A program made the translations under genes and the position numbers. 64,000 nt of DNA from Auanema rhodensis. Taxonomy: Eukaryota; Animalia; Nematoda. Below the pieces are notes generated by a model. It saw nothing but the letters and a program-made list of their open reading frames with translations. It had not been told where the DNA came from and did not search any database. Numbering within the stretch: the stretch's first letter is position 1; every line of letters starts with the position of its first letter. The DNA lies in assembly GCA_964057225.1 (NCBI GenBank), contig OZ059894.1, positions 4,898,001 through 4,962,000 on the forward strand, read 5' to 3'. This document shows, in pieces, positions 12,541 to 26,000 of the stretch.

Positions 12541-15500
12541 TCAACTGATATAAGTTCATACTTATATCCTCGATTTTCACCCTGAAGAAATAATTTTTTC
12601 GTTGAATAACATTGTCCATCGTCTTTGCCTTGAAAAAAGGATCCTAAAAACATCTACTTTTTGCTAAATTATTTTGAAATTTTTCGAAAAAATTTTTGTC
12701 AAAATTTTTTGGAAGCAATGTTGAGTGTACATGGAAACTCAACATACACTAATGCATCATTTTTCAAACGATCATAACTAATTTTTGTATCAAGCGTTTT
12801 TCAATGTAGTATAGTGCATTCGATGCGGATTTTTAAGCTGCGTCGATCTGTGTTATCAGATTTGCGCTAGCTTAAAAATGCACCGAGATATCAACTGATA
12901 CAAGTTCACACTTATATCCTCGATTTTCACCCTGAAGAAATAATTTTTTCGTTGAATAACATTGTCCATCGTCTTTGCCTTAAAAAAAGGATTCTAAAAA
13001 CATCTACTTTTTGCTAAATTATTTTGAAATTTTTCGAAAAAATTTTTGTCAAAATTTTTTGGAAGCAGTGTTGAGTGTACATGGAAACTCAAAATACACT
13101 AATGCATCATTTTTCAAACGATCATAACTAATTTCTGTATTAAGCTTCTCTCAATATAGTATAGTGCATTCGATGCGGATTTTTAAGCTGCGTCGATCTG
13201 TGTTATCAGATTTGCGCTAGCTTAAAAATGCACCGAGATATCAACTGATATAAGTTCACACTTATATCCTCGATTTTCACCCTGAAGAATTAATTTTTTC
13301 GTTGAATAACATTGTCTATCGTCTTTGCGTTGAAAAATGGAATCTAAAAACATCTACTTTTTGCTAAATTATTTTGAAATTTTTCGAAAAAATTTTTGTC
13401 AAAATGTTTTTGGAAGCAATGTTGAGTGTACATGGAAACTCAACATACACTAATGCATCATTTTTCAAACGATCATAACTAATTTTTATATTAAGCGTTT
13501 CTCAATGTAGTATAGTGCATTCGATGCGGATTTTTAAGCTGCGTCGATCTGTGTTATCAGATTTGCGCTAGCTTAAAAATGCACCGAGATATCAACTGAT
13601 ATAAGTTCACACTTATATCCTCGATTTTCACCCTGAAGAAAAAATTTTTTCGTTGAATAACATTGTCCATCGTCTTTGCCTTGAAAAAAGGATTCTAAAA
13701 ACATCTACTTTTTGCTAAATTATTTTGAAATTTTTCGAAAAAATTTTTGTCAAAATTTTTTGGAAGCAATGTTGAGTGTACATAGAAACTCAACATACAC
13801 TAATGCATCATTTTTCAAACGATCATAACTAATTTTTGTATCAAGCGTTTTTCAATGTAGTATAGTGCATTCGATGCGGATTTTTAAGCTGCGTCGATCT
13901 GTGTTATCAGATTTGCGCTAGCTTGAAAATGCACCGAGATATCAACTGATATAAGTTCACACTTATATCCTCGATTTTCACCCTGAAGAAATAATTTTTT
14001 CGTTGAATAACTTTGTCCATCGTCTTTGCCTTGAAAAAAGGATTCTAAAAACATCTACTTTTTGCTAAATTATCTTGAAATTTTTCGAAAAAATTTTTGT
14101 CAAAATTTTTTGGAAGCAATGTTGAGTGTACATGGAAACTCAACATACACTAATGCATCATTTTTCAAACGATCATAACTAATTTTTGTATCAAGCGTTT
14201 TTCAATGTAGTATAGTGCATTCGATGCGGATTTTTAAGCTGCGTCGATCTGTGTTATCAGATTTGCGCTAGCTTAAAAATGCACCGAGATATCAACTGAT
14301 ACAAGTTCACACTTATATCCTCGATTTTCACCCTGAAGAAATAATTTTTTCGTTGAATAACATTGTCCATCGTCTTTGCCTTGAAAAAAGGATTCTAAAA
14401 ACATTTACTTTTTGCTAAATTATTTTGAAATTTTTCGAAAAAATTTTTGTCAAAATGTTTTTGGAAGCAGTGTTGAGTGTACATGGAAACTCAACATACA
14501 CTAATGCATCATTTTTCAAACGATCATAACTAATTTTTGTATTAAGCTTCTCTCAATGTAGTATAGTGCATTCGATGCGGATTTTTGAGCTGCGTCGATC
14601 TGTGTTATCAGATTTGCGCTAGCTTAAAAATGCACCGAGATATCAACTGATATAAGTTCACACTTATATCCTCGATTTTCACCCTGAAGAAATAATTTTT
14701 TCGTTGAATAACATTGTCCATCGTCTTTGCCTTGAAAAAAGGATTCTAAAAACATCTACTTTTTGCTAAATTATTTTGAAATTTTTCGAAAAAATTTTTG
14801 TCAAAATTTTTTGGAAGCAATGTTGAGTGTACATGGAAACTCAACATACACTAATGCATCATTTTTCAAACGATCATAACTAATTTTTGTATCAAGCGTT
14901 TTTCAATGTAGTATAGTGCATTCGATGCGGATTTTTAAGCTGCGTCGATCTGTGTTATCAGATTTGCGCTAGCTTAAAAATGCACCGAGATATCAACTGA
15001 TATAAGTTCATACTTATATCCTCGATTTTCACCCTGAAGAAATAATTTTTTCGTTGAATAACATTGTCCATCGTCTTTGCCTTGAAAAAAGGATCCTAAA
15101 AACATCTACTTTTTGCTAAATTATTTTGAAATTTTTCGAAAAAATTTTTGTCAAAATTTTTTGGAAGCAATGTTGAGTGTACATGGAAACTCAACATACA
15201 CTAATGCATCATTTTTCAAACGATCATAACTAATTTTTGTATCAAGCGTTTTTCAATGTAGTATAGTGCATTCGATGCGGATTTTTAAGCTGCGTCGATC
15301 TGTGTTATCAGATTTGCGCTAGCTTAAAAATGCACCGAGATATCAACTGATACAAGTTCACACTTATATCCTCGATTTTCACCCTGAAGAAATAATTTTT
15401 TCGTTGAATAACATTGTCCATCGTCTTTGCCTTGAAAAAAGGATTCTAAAAACATCTACTTTTTGCTAAATTATTTTGAAATTTTTCGAAAAAATTTTTG

Positions 15501-17099
15501 TCAAAATGTTTTTGGAAGCAGTGTTGAGTGTACATGGAAACTCAACATACACTAATGCATCATTTTTCAAACGATCATAACTAATTTTTGTATTAAGCTT
15601 CTCTCAATGTAGTATAGTGCATTCGATGCGGATTTTTGAGCTGCGTCGATCTGTGTTATCAGATTTGCGCTAGCTTAAAAATGCACCGAGATATCAACTG
15701 ATACAAGTTCACACTTATATCCTCGATTTTCACCCTGAAGAAATAATTTTTTCGTTGAATAACATTGTCCATCGTCTTTGCCTTGAAAAAAGGATTCTAA
15801 AAACATCTACTTTTTGCTAAATTATTTTGAAATTTTTCGAAAAAATTTTTGTCAAAATGTTTTTGGAAGCAGTGTTGAGTGTACATGGAAACTCAACATA
15901 CACTAATGCATCATTTTTCAAACGATCATAACTAATTTTTGTATCAAGCGTTTTTCAATGTAGTATAGTGCATTCGATGCGGATTTTTAAGCTGCGTCGA
16001 TCTGTGTTATCAGATTTGCGCTAGCTTAAAAATGCACCGAGATATCAACTGATACAAGTTCACACTTATATCCTCGATTTTCACCCTGAAGAAATAATTT
16101 TTTCGTTGAATAACATTGTCCATCGTCTTTGCCTTGAAAAAAGGATTCTAAAAACATTTACTTTTTGCTAAATTATTTTGAAATTTTTCGAAAAAATTTT
16201 TGTCAAAATGTTTTTGGAAGCAGTGTTGAGTGTACATGGAAACTCAACATACACTAATGCATCATTTTTCAAACGATCATAACTAATTTTTGTATTAAGC
16301 TTCTCTCAATGTAGTATAGTGCATTCGATGCGGATTTTTGAGCTGCGTCGATCTGTGTTATCAGATTTGCGCTAGCTTAAAAATGCACCGAGATATCAAC
16401 TGATATAAGTTCACACTTATATCCTCGATTTTCACCCTGAAGAAATAATTTTTTCGTTGAATAACATTGTCCATCGTCTTTGCCTTGAAAAAAGGATTCT
16501 AAAAACATCTACATTTTGCTAAATTATTTTGAAATTTTTCGAAAAAATTTTTGTCAAAATGTTTTTGGAAGCAGTGTTGAGTGTACATGGAAACTCAACA
16601 TACACTAATGCATCATTTTTCAAACGATCATAACTAATTTTTGTATTAAGCTTCTCTCAATGTAGTATAGTGCATTCGATGCGGATTTTCAAGCTGCGTC
16701 GATCTGTGTTATCAGATTTGCGCTAGCTTAAAAATGCACCGAGATATCAACTGATACAAGTTCACACTTATATCCTCGATTTTCACCCTGAAGAAATAAT
16801 TTTTTCGTTGAATAACATTGTCCATCGTCTTTGCCTTGAAAAAAGGATTCTAAAAACATCTACTTTTTGCTAAATTATTTTGAAATTTTTCGAAAAAATT
16901 TTTGTCAAAATGTTTTTGGAAGCAGTGTTGAGTGTACATGGAAACTCAACATACACTAATGCATCATTTTTCAAACGATCATAACTAATTTTTGTATTAA
17001 GCTTCTCTCAATGTAGTATAGTGCATTCGATGCGGATTTTTAAGCTGCGTCGATCTGTGTTATCAGATTTGCGCTAGCTTAAAAATGCACCGAGATATC

Positions 17100-20000
17100 A
17101 ACTGATATAAGTTCACACTTATATCCTCGATTTTCACCCTGAAGAATTAATTTTTTCGTTGAATAACATTGTCTATCGTCTTTGCGTTGAAAAATGGAAT
17201 CTAAAAACATCTACTTTTTGCTAAATTATTTTGAAATTTTTCGAAAAAATTTTTGTCAAAATGTTTTTGGAAGCAATGTTGAGTGTACATGGAAACTCAA
17301 CATACACTAATGCATCATTTTTCAAACGATCATAACTAATTTTTATATTAAGCGTTTCTCAATGTAGTATAGTGCATTCGATGCGGATTTTTAAGCTGCG
17401 TCGATCTGTGTTATCAGATTTGCGCTAGCTTAAAAATGCACCGAGATATCAACTGATATAAGTTCACACTTATATCCTCGATTTTCACACTGAAGAATTA
17501 ATTTTTTCGTTGAATAACATTGTCTATCGTCTTTGCCTTGAAAAATGGAATCTAAAAACATCTACTTTTTGCTAAATTATTTTGAAATTTTTCGAAAAAA
17601 TTTTTGTCAAAATGTTTTTGGAAGCAATGTTGAGTGTACATGGAAACTCAACATACACTAATGCATCATTTTTCAAACGATCATAACTAATTTTTATATT
17701 AAGCGTTTCTCAATGTAGTATAGTGCATTCGATGCGGATTTTTAAGCTGCGTCGATCTGTGTTATCAGATTTGCGCTAGCTTAAAAATGCACCGAGATAT
17801 CAACTGATATAAGTTCACACTTATATCCTCGATTTTCACCCTGAAGAATTAATTTTTTCGTTGAATAACATTGTCTATCGTCTTTGCCTTGAAAAATGGA
17901 ATCTAAAAACATCTACTTTTTGCTAAATTATTTTGAAATTTTTCGAAAAAATTTTTGTCAAAATGTTTTTGGAAGCAATGTTGAGTGTACATGGAAACTC
18001 AACATACACTAATGCATCATTTTTCAAACGATCATAACTAATTTTTATATTAAGCGTTTCTCAATGTAGTATAGTGCATTCGATGCGGATTTTTAAGCTG
18101 CGTCGATCTGTGTTATCAGATTTGCGCTAGCTTAAAAATGCACCGAGATATCAACTGATATAAGTTCACACTTATATCCTCGATTTTCACCCTGAAGAAT
18201 TATTTTTTTCGTTGAATAACATTGTCCATCGTCTTTGCCTTGAAAAATGGAATCTAAAAACATCTACTTTTTGCTAAATTATTTTGAAATTTTTCGAAAA
18301 AATTTTTGTCAAAATGTTTTTGGAAGCAATGTTGAGTGTACATGGAAACTCAACATACACTAATGCATCATTTTTCAAACGATCATAACTAATTTTTATA
18401 TTAAGCGTTTCTCAATGTAGTATAGTGCATTCGATGCGGATTTTTAAGCTGCGTCGATCTGTGTTATCAGATTTGCGCTAGCTTAAAAATGCACCGAGAT
18501 ATCAACTGATATAAGTTCACACTTATATCCTCGATTTTCACACTGAAGAATTAATTTTTTCGTTGAATAACATTGTCTATCGTCTTTGCCTTGAAAAATG
18601 GAATCTAAAAACATCTACTTTTTGCTAAATTATTTTGAAATTTTTCGAAAAAATTTTTGTCAAAATGTTTTTGGAAGCAATGTTGAGTGTACATGGAAAC
18701 TCAACATACACTAATGCATCATTTTTCAAACGATCATAACTAATTTTTGTATTAAGCTTCTCTCAATGTAGTATAGTGCATTCGATGCGGATTTTTAAGC
18801 TGCGTCGATCTGTGTTATCAGATTTGCGCTAGCTTAAAAATGCACCGAGATATCAACTGATATAAGTTCACACTTATATCCTCGATTTTCACCCTGAAGA
18901 ATTAATTTTTTCGTTGAATAACATTGTCTATCGTCTTTGCGTTGAAAAATGGAATCTAAAAACATCTACTTTTTGCTAAATTATTTTGAAATTTTTCGAA
19001 AAAATTTTTGTCAAAATGTTTTTGGAAGCAATGTTGAGTGTACATGGAAACTCAACATACACTAATGCATCATTTTTCAAACGATCATAACTAATTTTTA
19101 TATTAAGCGTTTCTCAATGTAGTATAGTGCATTCGATGCGGATTTTTAAGCTGCGTCGATCTGTGTTATCAGATTTGCGCTAGCTTAAAAATGCACCGAG
19201 ATATCAACTGATATAAGTTCACACTTATATCCTCGATTTTCACACTGAAGAATTAATTTTTTCGTTGAATAACATTGTCTATCGTCTTTGCCTTGAAAAA
19301 TGGAATCTAAAAACATCTACTTTTTGCTAAATTATTTTGAAATTTTTCGAAAAAATTTTTGTCAAAATGTTTTTGGAAGCAATGTTGAGTGTACATGGAA
19401 ACTCAACATACACTAATGCATCATTTTTCAAACGATCATAACTAATTTTTATATTAAGCGTTTCTCAATGTAGTATAGTGCATTCGATGCGGATTTTTAA
19501 GCTGCGTCGATCTGTGTTATCAGATTTGCGCTAGCTTAAAAATGCACCGAGATATCAACTGATATAAGTTCACACTTATATCCTCGATTTTCACACTGAA
19601 GAATTAATTTTTTCGTTGAATAACATTGTCTATCGTCTTTGCCTTGAAAAATGGAATCTAAAAACATCTACTTTTTGCTAAATTATTTTGAAATTTTTCG
19701 AAAAAATTTTTGTCAAAATGTTTTTGGAAGCAATGTTGAGTGTACATGGAAACTCAACATACACTAATGCATCATTTTTCAAACGATCATAACTAATTTT
19801 TATATTAAGCGTTTCTCAATGTAGTATAGTGCATTCGATGCGGATTTTTAAGCTGCGTCGATCTGTGTTATCAGATTTGCGCTAGCTTAAAAATGCACCG
19901 AGATATCAACTGATATAAGTTCACACTTATATCCTCGATTTTCACACTGAAGAATTAATTTTTTCGTTGAATAACATTGTCTATCGTCTTTGCCTTGAAA

Positions 20001-23000
20001 AATGGAATCTAAAAACATCTACTTTTTGCTAAATTATTTTGAAATTTTTCGAAAAAATTTTTGTCAAAATGTTTTTGGAAGCAATGTTGAGTGTACATGG
20101 AAACTCAACATACACTAATGCATCATTTTTCAAACGATCATAACTAATTTTTATATTAAGCGTTTCTCAATGTAGTATAGTGCATTCGATGCGGATTTTT
20201 AAGCTGCGTCGATCTGTGTTATCAGATTTGCGCTAGCTTAAAAATGCACCGAGATATCAACTGATATAAGTTCACACTTATATCCTCGATTTTCACACTG
20301 AAGAATTAATTTTTTCGTTGAATAACATTGTCTATCGTCTTTGCCTTGAAAAATGGAATCTAAAAACATCTACTTTTTGCTAAATTATTTTGAAATTTTT
20401 CGAAAAAATTTTTGTCAAAATGTTTTTGGAAGCAATGTTGAGTGTACATGGAAACTCAACATACACTAATGCATCATTTTTCAAACGATCATAACTAATT
20501 TTTATATTAAGCGTTTCTCAATGTAGTATAGTGCATTCGATGCGGATTTTTAAGCTGCGTCGATCTGTGTTATCAGATTTGCGCTAGCTTAAAAATGCAC
20601 CGAGATATCAACTGATATAAGTTCACACTTATATCCTCGATTTTCACCCTGAAGAATTAATTTTTTCGTTGAATAACATTGTCTATCGTCTTTGCCTTGA
20701 AAAATGGAATCTAAAAACATCTACTTTTTGCTAAATTATTTTGAAATTTTTCGAAAAAATTTTTGTCAAAATGTTTTTGGAAGCAATGTTGAGTGTACAT
20801 GGAAACTCAACATACACTAATGCATCATTTTTCAAACGATCATAACTAATTTTTATATTAAGCGTTTCTCAATGTAGTATAGTGCATTCGATGCGGATTT
20901 TTAAGCTGCGTCGATCTGTGTTATCAGATTTGCGCTAGCTTAAAAATGCACCGAGATATCAACTGATATAAGTTCACACTTATATCCTCGATTTTCACCC
21001 TGAAGAATTATTTTTTTCGTTGAATAACATTGTCCATCGTCTTTGCCTCGAAAAATGGAATCTAAAAACATCTACTTTTTGCTAAATTATTTTGAAATTT
21101 TTCGAAAAAATTTTTGTCAAAATGTTTTTGGAAGCAATGTTGAGTGTACATGGAAACTCAACATACACTAATGCATCATTTTTCAAACGATCATAACTAA
21201 TTTTTATATTAAGCGTTTCTCAATGTAGTATAGTGCATTCGATGCGGATTTTTAAGCTGCGTCGATCTGTGTTATCAGATTTGCGCTAGCTTAAAAATGC
21301 ACCGAGATATCAACTGATATAAGTTCACACTTATATCCTCGATTTTCACACTGAAGAATTAATTTTTTCGTTGAATAACATTGTCTATCGTCTTTGCCTT
21401 GAAAAATGGAATCTAAAAACATCTACTTTTTGCTAAATTATTTTGAAATTTTTCGAAAAAATTTTTGTCAAAATGTTTTTGGAAGCAATGTTGAGTGTAC
21501 ATGGAAACTCAACATACACTAATGCATCATTTTTCAAACGATCATAACTAATTTTTATATTAAGCGTTTCTCAATGTAGTATAGTGCATTCGATGCGGAT
21601 TTTTAAGCTGCGTCGATCTGTGTTATCAGATTTGCGCTAGCTTAAAAATGCACCGAGATATCAACTGATATAAGTTCACACTTATATCCTCGATTTTCAC
21701 CCTGAAGAATTAATTTTTTCGTTGAATAACATTGTCTATCGTTTTTGCCTTGAAAAATGGAATCTAAAAACATCTACTTTTTGCTAAATTATTTTGAAAT
21801 TTTTCGAAAAAATTTTTGTCAAAATGTTTTTGGAAGCAATGTTGAGTGTACATGGAAACTCAACATACACTAATGCATCATTTTTCAAACGATCATAACT
21901 AATTTTTATATTAAGCGTTTCTCAATGTAGTATAGTGCATTCGATGCGGATTTTTAAGCTGCGTCGATCTGTGTTATCAGATTTGCGCTAGCTTAAAAAT
22001 GCACCGAGATATCAACTGATATAAGTTCACACTTATATCCTCGATTTTCACCCTGAAGAATTATTTTTTTCGTTAAATAACATTGTCCATCGTCTTTGCC
22101 TCGAAAAATGGAATCTAAAAACATCTACTTTTTGCTAAATTATTTTGAAATTTTTCGAAAAAATTTTTGTCAAAATGTTTTTGGAAGCAATGTTGAGTGT
22201 ACATGGAAACTCAACATACACTAATGCATCATTTTTCAAACGATCATAACTAATTTTTATATTAAGCGTTTCTCAATGTAGTATAGTGCATTCGATGCGG
22301 ATTTTTAAGCTGCGTCGATCTGTGTTATCAGATTTGCGCTAGCTTAAAAATGCACCGAGATATCAACTGATATAAGTTCACACTTATATCCTCGATTTTC
22401 ACACTGAAGAATTAATTTTTTCGTTGAATAACATTGTCTATCGTCTTTGCCTTGAAAAATGGAATCTAAAAACATCTACTTTTTGCTAAATTATTTTGAA
22501 ATTTTTCGAAAAAATTTTTGTCAAAATGTTTTTGGAAGCAATGTTGAGTGTACATGGAAACTCAACATACACTAATGCATCATTTTTCAAACGATCATAA
22601 CTAATTTTTATATTAAGCGTTTCTCAATGTAGTATAGTGCATTCGATGCGGATTTTTAAGCTGCGTCGATCTGTGTTATCAGATTTGCGCTAGCTTAAAA
22701 ATGCACCGAGATATCAACTGATATAAGTTCACACTTATATCCTCGATTTTCACCCTGAAGAATTAATTTTTTCGTTGAATAACATTGTCTATCGTCTTTG
22801 CCTTGAAAAATGGAATCTAAAAACATCTACTTTTTGCTAAATTATTTTGAAATTTTTCGAAAAAATTTTTGTCAAAATGTTTTTGGAAGCAATGTTGAGT
22901 GTACATGGAAACTCAACATACACTAATGCATCATTTTTCAAACGATCATAACTAATTTTTGTATCAAGCGTTTCTCAATGTAGTATAGTGCATTCGATGC

Positions 23001-26000
23001 GGATTTGTAAGCTGCGTCGATCTGTGTTATCAGATTTGCGCTAACTTAAAAATGCACCGAGATATCAACTGATATAAGTTCACACTTATATCCTCGATTT
23101 TCACCCTGAAGAATTAATTTTTTCGTTGAATAACATTGTCTATCGTTTTTGCCTTGAAAAATGGAATCTAAAAACATCTACTTTTTGCTAAATTATTTTG
23201 AAATTTTTTGAAAAAATTTTTGTCAAAATGTTTTTGGAAGCAATGTTGAGTGTACATGGAAACTCAACATACACTAATGCATCATTTTTCAAACGATCAT
23301 AACTAATTTTTATATTAAGCGTTTCTCAATGTAGTATAGTGCATTCGATGCGGATTTTTAAGCTGCGTCGATCTGTGTTATCAGATTTGCGCTAGCTTAA
23401 AAATGCACCGAGATATCAACTGATATAAGTTCACACTTATATCCTCGATTTTCACCCTGAAGAATTATTTTTTTCGTTGAATAACATTGTCCATCGTCTT
23501 TGCCTTGAAAAATGGAATCTAAAAACATCTACTTTTTGCTAAATTATTTTGAAATTTTTCGAAAAAATTTTTGTCAAAATGTTTTTGGAAGCAATGTTGA
23601 GTGTACATGGAAACTCAACATACACTAATGCATCATTTTTCAAACGATCATAACTAATTTTTGTATCAAGCGTTTCTCAATGTAGTATAGTGCATTCGAT
23701 GCGGATTTGTAAGCTGCGTCGATCTGTGTTATCAGATTTGCGCTAACTTAAAAATGCACCGAGATTTCAACTGATACAAGTTCACACTTATATCCTCGAT
23801 TTTCACCCTGAAGAAATAATTTTTTCGTTGAATAACATTGTCCATCGTCTTTGCCTTGAAAAAAGGATTCTAAAAACATCTACTTTTTGCTAAATTATTT
23901 TGAAATTTTTCGAAAAAATTTTTGTCAAAATGTTTTTGGAAGCAGTGTTGAGTGTACATGGAAACTCAACATACACTAATGCATCATTTTTCAAACGATC
24001 ATAACTAATTTTTGTATTAAGCTTCTCTCAATGTAGTATAGTGCATTCGATGCGGATTTTTAAGCTGCGTCGATCTGTGTTATCAGATTTGCGCTAGCTT
24101 AAAAATGCACCGAGATATCAACTGATATAAGTTCACACTTATATCCTCGATTTTCACCCTGAAGAATTAATTTTTTCGTTGAATAACATTGTCTATCGTC
24201 TTTGCGTTGAAAAATGGAATCTAAAAACATCTACTTTTTGCTAAATTATTTTGAAATTTTTCGAAAAAATTTTTGTCAAAATGTTTTTGGAAGCAATGTT
24301 GAGTGTACATGGAAACTCAACATACACTAATGCATCATTTTTCAAACGATCATAACTAATTTTTATATTAAGCGTTTCTCAATGTAGTATAGTGCATTCG
24401 ATGCGGATTTTTAAGCTGCGTCGATCTGTGTTATCAGATTTGCGCTAGCTTAAAAATGCACCGAGATATCAACTGATATAAGTTCACACTTATATCCTCG
24501 ATTTTCACACTGAAGAATTAATTTTTTCGTTGAATAACATTGTCTATCGTCTTTGCCTTGAAAAATGGAATCTAAAAACATCTACTTTTTGCTAAATTAT
24601 TTTGAAATTTTTCGAAAAAATTTTTGTCAAAATGTTTTTGGAAGCAATGTTGAGTGTACATGGAAACTCAACATACACTAATGCATCATTTTTCAAACGA
24701 TCATAACTAATTTTTATATTAAGCGTTTCTCAATGTAGTATAGTGCATTCGATGCGGATTTTTAAGCTGCGTCGATCTGTGTTATCAGATTTGCGCTAGC
24801 TTAAAAATGCACCGAGATATCAACTGATATAAGTTCACACTTATATCCTCGATTTTCACCCTGAAGAATTAATTTTTTCGTTGAATAACATTGTCTATCG
24901 TCTTTGCCTTGAAAAATGGAATCTAAAAACATCTACTTTTTGCTAAATTATTTTGAAATTTTTCGAAAAAATTTTTGTCAAAATGTTTTTGGAAGCAATG
25001 TTGAGTGTACATGGAAACTCAACATACACTAATGCATCATTTTTCAAACGATCATAACTAATTTTTGTATTAAGCTTCTCTCAATGTAGTATAGTGCATT
25101 CGATGCGGATTTTTAAGCTGCGTCGATCTGTGTTATCAGATTTGCGCTAGCTTAAAAATGCACCGAGATATCAACTGATATAAGTTCACACTTATATCCT
25201 CGATTTTCACCCTGAAGAATTAATTTTTTCGTTGAATAACATTGTCTATCGTCTTTGCGTTGAAAAATGGAATCTAAAAACATCTACTTTTTGCTAAATT
25301 ATTTTGAAATTTTTCGAAAAAATTTTTGTCAAAATGTTTTTGGAAGCAATGTTGAGTGTACATGGAAACTCAACATACACTAATGCATCATTTTTCAAAC
25401 GATCATAACTAATTTTTATATTAAGCGTTTCTCAATGTAGTATAGTGCATTCGATGCGGATTTTTAAGCTGCGTCGATCTGTGTTATCAGATTTGCGCTA
25501 GCTTAAAAATGCACCGAGATATCAACTGATATAAGTTCACACTTATATCCTCGATTTTCACCCTGAAGAATTAATTTTTTCGTTGAATAACATTGTCCAT
25601 CGTCTTTGCCTTGAAAAAAGGATTCTAAAAACATCTACTTTTTGCTAAATTATTTTGAAATTTTTCGAAAAAATTTTTGTCAAAATGTTTTTGGAAGCAG
25701 TGTTGAGTGTACATGGAAACTCAACATACACTAATGCATCATTTTTCAAACGATCATAACTAATTTTTGTATTAAGCTTCTCTCAATGTAGTATAGTGCA
25801 TTCGATGCGGATTTTTAAGCTGCGTCGATCTGTGTTATCAGATTTGCGCTAGCTTAAAAATGCACCGAGATATCAACTGATATAAGTTCACACTTATATC
25901 CTCGATTTTCACCCTGAAGAATTAATTTTTTCGTTGAATAACATTGTCTATCGTCTTTGCGTTGAAAAATGGAATCTAAAAACATCTACTTTTTGCTAAA

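Larger units (their letters stand above)
1..17100. repeat. Satellite subfamily domain A (mixed 350/351-bp monomers, irregular higher-order repeats)
   Basis: Dominant alleles: GGATTCT/GGATCCT, TATCAAGCGTTTTTC, GATACAAG, GAAGAAATAAT, GCAGTG. 350-bp monomers occur only here (the last starts at 15072). The boundary is approximate. Confidence 0.85.
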
